Assembly (NCBI GenBank): GCA_025201805.1
Contig: MU619254.1
Location: 247,440 to 311,439 of the forward strand
Direction of reading: 5' to 3'
Origin: Parasitella parasitica NRRL 2501
Lineage: Eukaryota; Fungi; Mucoromycota
Length of the DNA stretch: 64,000 nt
A program made the position numbers and the translations under genes. The notes beneath the pieces are model-generated. The model did no database searches and was not told the DNA's origin. It was given only the letters and a program-made list of their open reading frames with translations. Shown here one piece after another: positions 38,400 through 50,080 of this stretch. How positions within the stretch are numbered: position 1 is the stretch's first letter; each line of letters opens with the position of its first letter.

Positions 38400-39605
38400 T
38401 TAGTTAGAGGCAGCAACGGCGGCGGCTCTACGGCGATCACGTTCTTCAGTAATGGAGAGCTTGACGCCCTTACCCTTAGGGAGAGAGATCATGGGCTTGG
38501 AGCCTTGTCCGATGGTGAAGACATTAGAGATACGAGTAGCGAAGACACGATCGAGAGCATCCTTGACATGGACGATTTCAAAACCACCAATATGACGTTC
38601 ACGGTGAACAAGTTGACCAACACGACCAATATTACGACCACCAGTGATCATGACAACGTTACCAACATCAAACTTGACGAACTCCTCAATCTTGTTGGAT
38701 TCGAGGTTGAAACGAATAGTATCATTCACCTTGATCAAAGGATCAGGGTAACGGATAGTGCGGCCATCATGAGTAGTGATGTATGGGACACCCTTGGAAC
38801 CGACGAGGACTTTTTTGACCTTACAGAGTTTGTACTTGGCCTCCTCATCGGTAATACGGTGAACAGCAAAGCGACCTTTAACGTCATAGACGAGGCGGAA
38901 GTTCTCACCAGTCTTTTCAATAGAAATAACGTCTGTTATATTCAATTTTAAAGAAAAGGAAAGAAAAAGCATCCGGGATTCGTCAAAGCTTAGGCTGTGA
39001 GAACTCACGTAACATTCCCAACCCAACTCTCCTCACAAAATAAAATAAAACAATCACTTACCCATGAAACCAGCAGGGAAGGTAGAGTCGGTACGCACTT
39101 TACCGTCGACCTTGACCAAACGTTGCATCAAGATGGATTGGACCTCGCGGCCGTTGAGAGCGTACTTGAGACGGTTACGGATGAAAACAATCAAAGGGAG
39201 ACATTCACGTTGCTTGTGAGGACCAGATGAAGGCTTGGGAGCATAAGAACCTATGTGGATCAGAAACGAATTAACAAAACTGCCATGAAAATTATCTTTC
39301 TCTCTTTTGTTGTTTGGTTTTTTTTATCAGTTGTGAAATAAAGCTCGTCAGGATACATCGGATTGTTGAGCTTGACTTTTGTTTATTTATTTTTGTCATC
39401 CCCAAAAAACCAAACTTTCAAAAAAGAGAAAAGTATATGTATACGTACCCAAAAGTTTGTCAAGCATCCAGTGCTTAGGGGCTGCTAAACGCTTCATGTG
39501 CTTCTTAGGACCACGACCCTATACATCAAGACAAAGAGTTACAACTACAATCCAAATGTCTAGATGGATGGATAACTTTGTATCCTGGATGTGAATACTT
39601 ACCAT
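38400..39605 (-). CDS. RPS4: 40S ribosomal protein S4 (eS4), 4 exons
   Basis: [50 protein letters not shown]. Confidence 0.96.
39314..39415 (-). ncRNA. Candidate intronic box C/D snoRNA in RPS4 intron 2
   Basis: Sense strand: terminal stem ttggttttt/aaaaaccaa, C-like GGAUGA, 14-nt guide AGUCAAGCUCAACA complementary to conserved LSU rRNA UGUUGAGCUUGACU, D'-like CCGA, terminal D box CUGA. Confidence 0.7.
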
Positions 39606-40418
39606 ATTAAATGATTGATATAGAAAAAAGGAAGGAATTCTAACCTAGAGGAAGTCTTCATAAGTCTTTTATAGTGCGGTAAAAAAAATTTCTTGCAGTA
39701 GACTGGTGACCGGTTTGACCAAGTAGATATGGTGATACCGTACTGGCATCTACGCACATAGAAATTTCTCCTAGTAGCGGAATATGGGTGAAGTCCAAAA
39801 AGTACAATACGCAGTTGGTACAGCATGTCCTTAAATTCAGTACTAATAAAGATATGGAATCAGCCCTTCTTTCCACATACAACTTAGTTTATCATCATTA
39901 TTACCTATTCACTGGGTCTCATTTCAGCTATAAAATTCTTTCGGCGGGTTTCATTTATGTGTATGCGCATCCTTGAAAAGTTTTTCTCTCATCTGCAAAT
40001 GATCTTTTATGATGGTCACTTGTAATGTTTGATATTATAAGCCTCTTTTTTTTTTTTGTCATTGTACATCTCAAATCTCGGGCAAGGAAGGGAGTAATGC
40101 AATCATACATATGTCAACAAAATTGTGCATAAACATTGATCAATTCGATTCATTTTGGGTTACATAAACACAAGAGCTTTTAATGAGTGATATGTAATGT
40201 AAATAAATAAATGGCTTGATTTGTATAACTGTAAATAAGAAGATTTCATTGGCAAATTTGAATGTTTGTTCTGTGTGTGCGTATAGATAAACAGTGTTTT
40301 AGGTGATATAGCCAGGCTCAGAAACTGGGTTTATTTGTAGATCGGGTGAACATTTTGTTCGGTGTGAAGTAATGAGGAAAGCGAGAAAGAAAACACTACT
40401 TGCTTCTTTTATTGTTCT

Positions 40419-42375
40419 ATGAGTCAAAAGCCTTCTTCACCTTTTTCAAGTAATTTAGACTACTCAAGGCCGAGATCCAACAGTGTTATCAGACTAATGT
40501 CGAGTCAAAATTCACCTTCACCTTCATCTTCACCTAGCCAACAAAAGCAGAACTTCAAGCGCTCTATGAGTGTATCGGAAGGTCTTCACGTCAGACTGCC
40601 CACTCTTCATCATACAGAAACTGAACCATTCCCTTACTCTCCTGTTACACAGCAGACAACGAACAACATATGTCCTTCAGAGTCGAATTGGGCAAACAAA
40701 TTCGAGGATTTTGATATTGGAAGGCCAATAGGTAAGAAATCCAGCTTTTGCACAGAATTTAAAACAGCTATTTACAGCGATTTACCATTGTAGGCTATGG
40801 GTCATCAGCTGTTGTTCATGAAGCCAACTATAAGCCTCTCAAAAAACGAGTAGCTGTTAAAATGATAGATCTTGATATGTTTGAACGCAATCAGATCGAC
40901 GAACTTAGGGTATTTATTACATTGTGAACGGATCGTGGCATGGCTAAAATTAAAACTTCTCTAGCGAGAAACTGCTTTAATGGCCTTATCAAAACATCCA
41001 AATGTACTACGAGTATATGGATCGTTTGTCAATGGATCGAAATTATACATTGTTACACCTTATCTGGCTGCAGGATCCTGTTTGGATATAATGAAGACTT
41101 CTTTTCCAGATGGTTTAGATGAAATTTCCATTGCTACTATTCTTCGTCAAGCATTGGAAGGTATCATTTACTTGCACAAAAATGGCCATATACACCGTGA
41201 TGTAAAAGCTGGTAATCTTTTGATGGATCAGCAAGGTACAGTTCTTTTGGCTGATTTTGGTGTTTCCAGCTCATTAGCAGAGAACGGGGATGTAAGAAAA
41301 ACCTTTGTTGGCACCCCATGTTGGATGGCTCCTGAAGTCATGGAACAAGCTGGATACGATTACAAGGCTGATATATGGAGTTTCGGTATCACCTCTCTTG
41401 AATTAGCTACTGGCCACGCTCCCTTTGCTAAATTTCCTCCCATGAAGGTGCTTATGATGACATTATCTAATGCTCCTCCTACTTTGGACAGAGAGGGTGG
41501 CAAGCATAAATATTCAAGAGCGTTTAAAGATATGATTGACTCTTGCTTACAAAAGGAGCCAAACAAGAGGCCATCTGCTGAAAAGTTGCTGCTACATCCT
41601 TTTTTCAAACAAGCCAAAAGGAGAGATTATTTGGCGAAAACTATATTGACACATGTACTTCCATTGGATCAGAGACCCCATAAAAAGATGCCTCAAAAGC
41701 ATATCTCGTTTGAAAGTACTGAACAGTGGGATTTCGATACCCTGTCTGATGGTGATGAAAAGACTGATAGCGATCAGACTCGACCCAAAATTTCGGCCCC
41801 ACCTGTCATCACAACAACACCAGCGTCAAGTGCAGAAGAAAAGAATGGTACGCCGGGAACACCTCTGGAAAAATCAAAGTCAATAGTTCAATTCGAAGAA
41901 TGTCCAAAACCAGCGCATGTGGATAAAATCAAATCCACAAGTGCTTTTCCAGCTATTGAGGGTTCAACAGATCAAGCACCTATCAAAAAGCACATTTCAT
42001 TCGGTGAAGCTGTGATAAGAGATCCACCTGTCAGGTCTATCATGTCGCCTGTAGTGGAAAGTCCTAACCCTCTCTTCAGCGCAACTCATACAGCCACTGA
42101 TGCCGCCACGGCAGCGAATAATATAACTGCAGCTGCAACGTATACACCGCTTACTTTATCAAGTGCTCCAACGTCAAAAAAGTCGAGATTTGTGATTGAA
42201 GACGCTACGCCTGCCGCGCAAATTTCATCTTCGGTATCCTCAATGTCAGAATTGTCTGTCTCACCTTCGGATGTTGGTGGTGTTGGATTAGGTATCTCGA
42301 CCCCACAAGCTGCACCCAGTAATGCGAATACAGTTCCTGGAGCAACCAGCACCTTGACACCCATTACTGCAAATG

Positions 42376-42420
<45 letters not shown>

Positions 42421-43688
42421 ACATCAGTAATAACAGTAATTCACTGCACGAGGGAGAGTTTAAAAAAGGTCGTTTTAGCGTCAATCAAACGCCTGTTCGT
42501 TCCAACACACCAGCATTAGAAGAGAATCCCAGTAGCAACAACTTGCCAGCTAATCAAAGTTCCAGCGACTTGAAGTCTGTCTCTATGTCTCGTGCGCCTA
42601 GCCAAGATAGTTTCCAAGAGCGTAAGTCTAGATTCGAAGTCAAGCATAGCAATAACAGTGGTCCTTCGATGAATACAGCTGCTTCCGTTGCTAGCACACC
42701 TATTGAGCCAAGTACGCCTTTACAGAGCTTGCCTCTTACTCGTGAAAACTCAAATGCCTCTGCATTGTCGAGGGACTCATCTTTTAACAACAAAATTAGC
42801 CGGTTTTCGATTGAGAAACCTGAAACTGTTGGCCCTTATTGTGACCTACCCGGCGCTGTCCCTACAGCAATGTCTCCCGAATGCCGTAAGAAGGGTCGTT
42901 TTGAATTAACTGGTGGATCAAATACGCCAAGTGACACTATTAAGGAAAAAGAGCACTTAGAGTCTCCTCAGTTTACTGTTGGATCATCGCCTGTCATTTC
43001 TCCATGTAACTCGCTGCAAAGAGGACAAGCTCATCGCATCATTGACAACTCTATGCCTCATATGATTTGCTCTCACATGGAATCTTTAATCAAGCAAACT
43101 GAAATACAAAAGAATATGCTCAATGATTTATTAGCGACCATGCCACTTATGTATAATCAACATCCCCCATCATCTGGAAATAGTGTGCTTAATCGTTCTC
43201 GAACGGCATCAGACACCAAGAAACCTGCTCTCTCTCATAACGAAGATTTTTATCAAAGGTAACTATGATAATTTGATGTAAAAGAAAAAAACAAAAAAGC
43301 AAACTGAATCCCCCTTTTCTGTGTAATAAGAGCACCTACATCAAATACAAATCAATCTTCTGTGCAGCAGCAACAACCATTGCTCTTATCAGCTGATATT
43401 AACAACACAATCGAACATCTTCAGCAGCTGCTTTTGCTATCATCAAAAGAAAAAGAAAGACTAGCTCGGGAAAATGAATCGCTGAAACGAGAGGTGGAAA
43501 GATTGAGAAGGAACCAACAGCTACCAACAACAAACCAACAGCAATCACAATCACAGCAAAGTATATTAATGAAAAAATCTCCAATAGAATCTCCATCTTC
43601 ATACCAGCAATCAGAAAAGACATCACTAGTTGCGCCGGAAGCGACAAGTACACCATCAAATACAAATCAGCAAGAGAAGGCGTTATAA
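40419..43688 (+). CDS. STE20/GCK-VI (OSR1/SPAK/Fray-like) Ser/Thr kinase
   Basis: IGYGSSAVV, VAVKMIDLD, IHRDVKAGN, VRKTFVGTPCWMAPEVMEQ, GYDYKADIWSFGIT.LELATGHAP...PPMKVLMMTL; C-terminal coiled coil. Confidence 0.9.
42378..42419 (+). repeat. (GCT)n repeat encoding poly-Ala in the kinase tail
   Basis: Read directly. Confidence 0.9.
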
Positions 43689-43904
43689 CACTCTTATATC
43701 TCAAGCTAGAATAAAAACAACCCTCTTCTATGCCTCTTCTCAACAACGCGCAGTATACATAAATATGTTTGCCCAACAGCATTAGTAAATAATAAATTGT
43801 ATATGTTACAAACTATATTTATACTTGATTTTACAATCTATTATTACCAATAAAGACCAACGGTTTTCGTAAGACGTTTTGAAAAAGAAAAATGTAAAAA
43901 AAAG

Positions 43905-43978
43905 TGATTTCTGCCAGGCTCGAACTGGCGACCACTTGCGTGTTAGGCAAGTGTGATAACCAACTACACCAAGAAACC
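43905..43978 (-). tRNA. tRNA-Val(AAC)
   Basis: GGTTTCT acceptor stem, anticodon arm CTTGC-CTAACAC-GCAAG, T-loop GTTCGAG, downstream T-run terminator. Confidence 0.96.
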
Positions 43979-44269
43979 CATATATTATTTGTCAGATGTA
44001 GAATTTGATACCATTTAATTAACAAGATAATATGGAGGAAAAAACACGTGATATACACTATGCAATGTTTGGGCAAATGTTAGATAAGAGAGAATATAGT
44101 AGGTTTTGATTAACAGAAGAAAGATGAAGTTTATTTAATAAATTTTATGTTATATTTATACTAATGGTAAACTATTCCCAGAAGTTACCATGGTTTTGTA
44201 TTTGTCTATCTTGGTTTCTAGAAATTGCTATCTATTTATATAATATAAATTGAATTTAACTGCGTTTAA

Positions 44270-44590
44270 TTGCTATTCTATCGCTATGAGATACCATACC
44301 ATCTTAGTTATTTGAAATAATATACATTTAAACAATAGCAAAACAGTCAAATTAGTCTCGGGATTGACTTGTTTACTGCAAGAAATACCAAATGACCCAA
44401 ATCTACTCACAAAACAGCACCGAATAGTATCATCACAATGTTACAATATAAATATTTATATCAAAAAAGTGTTGGGAAATAGCACAAGTTATGAGCAAAT
44501 ATCCGATACCTTATTATTATGATAAATTATGAAATATACAGTAAACCTGTTGTTGCACAGAATTTTTGATAGACGCATCGCCCAGTCAAA
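44270..44590 (-). repeat. Dispersed repeat / tRNA-upstream module, homologous to ~59440-59703 (+) and 19060-19165 (+)
   Basis: Shared blocks ccgagactaa, gtatctca(ta)gcgatagaatagcaa, atact..cggtgct, and gatatttgctcataacttgtgcta. Confidence 0.7.
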
Positions 44591-45674
44591 ATCAGTTCAT
44601 ATAGAACGATTTTAAAAAATATATGTGAATATTATCCAGGCAAACTAGTCAAAACACTATTGGCAACGCTCTCACACTACCAAATTCTTTCGATTTTAAT
44701 TTCTTCTATCAATAACCCCCATATACTCATGTTAAATCAAAACATGAACACAAGAAGCATGAGAATAAGTTCCATTTACTAGGTTTTAATGCAATTTTTT
44801 TTTTGGCCATGATCTTGCTTCATCGTTCCTTCATTGTTTTCTTCTAAAGGTCTACTTGTTTTTTCTCGGTTGTTGATAATTCTGTAATTCTGTCACTCTC
44901 TGCGTTTGATCATCGATAGATCTTTTGGCCTTTAAATCTGGTGTGTATTCTTCGCTGGTACAGAATTCAGGTTGGTCTCATATTCGCATCTCTCTTCTTG
45001 ATAAGGCTTTACATAAAAGAAGAGATTGATTGTTATAACACTATTTATTTGGTGTTTTCTTTATCATTAGTCTCAGCTTCTCGTTTGCCTGCACAAGTGT
45101 AGATTTTCATGCCAGAATCTACCCTAGCATTTCATCGTGTTTTAGAGAATTCAACCAATTTATAGCTATGCACTTGACGTGTCGGTGTTAAAACTACAAT
45201 AAGTACTTGGGGTTATTTCTTTCTCAAACTGGTTATATCATACCACGACCAGCTACCGTACAATCTCGGAAACAAAAAAAAAAGCTAATATCCTTTTTAA
45301 ATATGAAACCAACGATGCGCAACGCTGCGGTTATTAGGACTTCAAAAGCCAATACGTAAGTTGTAAAGTTGTAAGTATCATCAATCAACGCATTCGTATA
45401 CATTTGTTCAAATCAAAAGCAAAAATATATCAAAAAACTCGAGTCGAATTTGCAATCGCAAGGCTACACATTTTATTGCGGCCATTAATCTTTCTCTCGG
45501 CAATAAAACGGAAGCTTAGCGATATCTCCTACAAGCTTCATAGTACACTGATCAGTCAGCTTCTGTAAGAGAAGATGGTTTTGTTTATTGAATTACTATG
45601 CTGCTGAAGGATAAAAAAAAATTAAGTAAATAAATATAATGTACAGTTTATAGCAAGAGTGATATACGGGTTGT

Positions 45675-45878
45675 CTAAATTTTGAATCCCAAGTTTCGCA
45701 TGCAAGTGAGATGAGCTTGGATGAGATCTTGACAGTTCTCTTCCCCATTTTGAAAGATACATTCATCACGAATCTTCTTGGTTTCAGGACATGCACAGCA
45801 AGGCTTGAGTGGTTTACCATCTTTTCCGATAGGAAGTTCACCAGAAACAGTTGACGTTGTCTTTACAGGTTCTGCCAT
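45675..45878 (-). CDS. COX17: Cytochrome c oxidase copper chaperone
   Basis: [20 protein letters not shown] and twin CX9C. Confidence 0.95.
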   Translation of the reverse strand: MAEPVKTTSTVSGELPIGKDGKPLKPCCACPETKKIRDECIFQNGEENCQDLIQAHLTCMRNLGFKI

Positions 45879-46617
45879 AATTAAGTTTGTTATAAATCCA
45901 GAAAAGAACCTTCAATACAATTAGTTGTTAGGGGTTGTCGTTATCATTAGAAAGTTAGAGATTTCAGGGGACAGTCACTGTTGGTAGGTTTAGTCAGCCA
46001 TCTTGCAACGTAAAGACCTTTTACCCCTTGACTGACAGGCCCCAATAATGTTTTTCATGACATACTTCATCATTTACTAATAGCTTATATCATCATTGCT
46101 TTAAAATATCACCCTTTTTGTAGGCATTTAATTGATTTATATATCCCTACTAATGCCACCATAAGTCAAGTTGAAAACATTATAACTAATATGTCATCTC
46201 CACTTTATGATCAGTGTACTTAATTTTTCGAGGAATTCACTTCACATATTTTCAAATCATCTAATATGCTAAAACTTTCAAAAAAAGAAACCAGAAAAAT
46301 TATATCTCCAGATTTTACTGCTGGTATCCGCATTTCAGCATGTTTACCCATTGTTTTAAAGTTTGTAAGTACAAGGTCAGGTAATCAATTGAAAACAAAC
46401 CACTGGACTACCATATGTTGCGATAAATGGTAATTTATCTCGCTGTCTGCTAATGTCTATAAAAACGATATCTCGTGTTTGGTCACACTTGGCAACAAAA
46501 ATCTGCGCTTGCAATGGAGCGTAATGTCTCATATTGTATGCATTTATTAACGTATATTCTGGGCATGCCAAGGAATTTGAATGATAAATACTGGTTTTGC
46601 ATCAGAATAATGCATTG

Positions 46618-47190
46618 TTAAAAACAAGGAAACAAATATTTGAATATGCTATAAATAGAGCTCTGACCAGATGCATCTAATCCGGCATCTGCGTTTCTAT
46701 GATCATCCTCCGTCACTTCTGCGGCATAATTGTTGGTAGAATAGCGAGATATTAAAGAGGGCTGATGGCTTCGAAAGGCTGATGGAGCAGGTGAATTTAA
46801 TAATAGCTTGCGTTGCTCAGCAATATAGCGATCATTATCGTCGTCTTCACCATCTTCCATGTCATCATCAGAGGAAAACGACATATCAGACACGCTGCTA
46901 TCGTCATCACAACCATTATCGTCTTCTAATGATGTTGAGCTACTTGGAGTATTATCTTGTTTTTCCATGTAATCTTCAAGGTCTGGGCGACAAGACGAAG
47001 GAGTAAAGCCCTTTTCTCTTAGCAATTGTTGAGTCCATAGTAAATATAGGCCTTCATCATCATCATTTGGACTAATTGTTGTTTGAGAAGGAGTGAGTGG
47101 TCGCTCTATTGTGCCCAGAGATTCTATTAAAGGATGTTGGTACCACGTAATCACATTCACTCTATAATCTCCAACAGATCCAATCTTCAT
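46618..47190 (-). CDS. Hypothetical acidic, low-complexity protein
   Basis: 190-aa ATG-initiated ORF with one ordered-looking block (EGLYLLWTQQLLREKGF); no family recognised. Confidence 0.55.
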   Translation of the reverse strand: MKIGSVGDYRVNVITWYQHPLIESLGTIERPLTPSQTTISPNDDDEGLYLLWTQQLLREKGFTPSSCRPDLEDYMEKQDNTPSSSTSLEDDNGCDDDSSVSDMSFSSDDDMEDGEDDDNDRYIAEQRKLLLNSPAPSAFRSHQPSLISRYSTNNYAAEVTEDDHRNADAGLDASGQSSIYSIFKYLFPCF

Positions 47191-49512
47191 GTACTATTAT
47201 GTACATAAGGATGTGGAGAGAAGGAACATGCAAGATGAATTTCTTACCTAAATAAGGAGTGCTTGTGCTGAGAGATCCATATTTTTGCTGGCTGCCAGGT
47301 ATTTTAAGTGGCAAATCTCGGGCTACAAAATGATGGCTGTTTATACAAGCAGATCAAAAAATTATTTGAAGATTTTAATTACCTTTGCCGTGCGTATTGT
47401 CTATATATGATGAGACACTTGAAGACGATGACGGAGTCGGTGGCAAATGTGAGTAGTTTACAAATAACTATTATACAGATCATAGATTAGATAAAATTGC
47501 ATGTTGAATCAGTCTGCTCAGATTTACATGTACATTTTTACTATGATGAATTGGGACAGACAACGAAGAGTTATCATTGGATGCTGTTGGTTTGGTGTCA
47601 GTCATTTATGTAGAAATTGAAGTAAGATAGAGAGAGAGAGAAAATAGAATGATGAAAAAAAAAAAGGGAGATTCTTGTGAGGAGGAAGGTTTTATATATC
47701 CATCCTTCAATGAGATTACTCCCCTTACTGGTGTGCTGGTGCGTGTGTTCTGGTCATCAAACAGTCCCACAAGATTCAACGTACAAGAAGATACGGAACT
47801 GATTCCATCATTTTCTTGTGAGAATACGTAAATTGCAACTGCTTTTCAACTCCTCGTACAAGTCAATTATCAATCAGACTACATTGACTTTCTTTATATG
47901 AAGTCATTGCGTGTAAGCTAACGTTTTTATTTCTAGCAAAATCTTGTTTTTAAGTATGGTACATTTGCACTTGTGAAATGTAGATCTTGTTTGTTTATCT
48001 TGTATAAACCACTTTTATTTGATGCACATGGACTTTGCAAAATGTAACGTTATAGAATTGGAAGAGGCACGTGTGCATCAAGGGGTCAACAGATTTTTTC
48101 AATTATTTCAGGGCCAAAGACGAAAGAGAACCAATCGAGTTGACACGAGGTGCATGAAATTCGAGATAAAATAAAAATCAAAAGGGGGATACCTTGAGAG
48201 ATTGTTAAGTTTTTCATGATACTGATAGTGTCATTCCATCCATTCTTGATGCTGTGTAATAATAGATATTATAGCTCGCACTAAAGTGAGTATACCCTTT
48301 TAGTTGCTGGTTAGGCATAAACGTTGAGAGCTTCGTCTATGCTAAGACATTTATGCTCTGTAACGTGATGTTTTCTGAACTTGTGGCTAAACGCAGTATA
48401 GTTTTCAAACTTCTTCTGTAATTTAGGTAGACGGCGTTTGTTTGTCAGTTCTGATCTATTTGACTTGCAATTATTGAATATATCAATGGATTTATCGCGC
48501 ACATACTTCGTAATTAGTCAGGTGCTGATGAACCAAGATCCACTAGGCAAATAGCTTATTCGCATTGATTGAATATTCATTGTACCGTACAACCGATGCT
48601 TCTTTTCAGTTTGATTGTACTTGTAGATATCTGATTGGCAGGAAACAGGAAATTACATGCATGATTGAGCAAGGCGCTCACGATGATGATTGTGTTGGCC
48701 GTTGGTATTGATTGTGTCGACATCAATGTTGATAACAGTGGATATATAGTTACAAAACGTAACCAATTATCTCCAACAAACCTTTAATATGGACAAGAAG
48801 TCGTGAAAATGTGTGTTGTAGTTTTTACAATATGCAAGAAACAAGCTTCAACATGTTTTAAACATTCTTGCGCAGTTTTTGTCGTAGTGATCCAGGATTT
48901 AAAAAGATTTAGACCGTAGCTATTTTCGAAAGTTATCCCAAAAAATAATGTCAAATTCAACTAACTCTATAAATCCTGCGTCTATATGAGACTTTTGGGG
49001 AGCAAAAAATATCAGTTTGATGAATAGACATATTTTAGCTGAAATAAATATCAATATTAAAGGTGAACTGAAAGCAAGTAGATTTGAAAGCGCTATCAAT
49101 ATTGATGATTAAACAGTTATGTTGTTGAATCTGTCTATAAATCCACCCGGATTACTCAAAATTTTGATAGCTCTGCTTATGTTAATTCTGATCAATTGTT
49201 GTATATTCCCAGCTTCATCAAAACTGAAGGTTGATATCACATTATATACTATGATCCCTTGCATGTTCAAGCAACCAAGATGGCCCAGCCCTACTGCATA
49301 GCAATAATATATGTACTCTTGCAAGATGTGATTTATTTATTAAAGGTGCATGTCAAAACATGTTTTTAGTTGCTATGGTAACTGATTTTATATCATATAA
49401 ATAACACATTTTTAGTTGCTATGTTAACTGATTTTGACAGCTACCAATCCCTTTTCTAATACTTTTCTTTTTGGTAATTTATATTTACAATACAGTTTGG
49501 AGCCTGATTTAT

Positions 49513-49890
49513 TCAAGCGTCAATAGCAATTTCAGATTTTGCCTTCTTCTTAATGTCACTGTAACAATTTCCACATAGATGATGCAAAAGCTTATTACTA
49601 CCGCAAGCAGGACATGTAGCTACATTCTCCTTTTGTTGTAATCCCTTGTTAGATGCACGCATACGTTTCTTTGAATGAGAAGTCTTCTTTTTTGGTGCTG
49701 CCCAAAGAATGGGTTCCAACCAAGTGGGTATTTGAAAGGTGTTGCGAGTGACTGATTCGCTTGTCAATGTACTGGTATTGCTCATAAATACATTGGCCAG
49801 AGAAAGTGTACCAAAACGTGAGGCTTGAACTTTGGCGATGTGTTGATTTTTCTGTAAAGCTGCTTTGGTGACTAATAAACCTAAGCTCAT
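49513..49890 (-). CDS. MRPL32: Mitochondrial ribosomal protein bL32m
   Basis: Presequence, then AAPKKKTSHSKKRMR, CPACG..KLLHHLCGNC. Confidence 0.93.
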   Translation of the reverse strand: MSLGLLVTKAALQKNQHIAKVQASRFGTLSLANVFMSNTSTLTSESVTRNTFQIPTWLEPILWAAPKKKTSHSKKRMRASNKGLQQKENVATCPACGSNKLLHHLCGNCYSDIKKKAKSEIAIDA

Positions 49891-50080
49891 ATTGTATGAA
49901 ACGGGAGAAATGGAGAGAGAGAAATTTAAACAGGCATACCCCTTCCATACAGGAAGTGGCTCATTTTTCGTTGTCAGTCCTCTTTTTTGACAAATGATGA
50001 CACTGTAGTCACGTTTTTTTCATATAACCAACATCAAAAGACGCCTACCTTCGATTGAAACACTCTTTCGCCACGATACA

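Noticed and set aside
38058-39745. CAGTACGG shared by the RPL24 and RPS4 upstream regions
   Set aside because: An 8-bp match in opposite orientations is compatible with chance.
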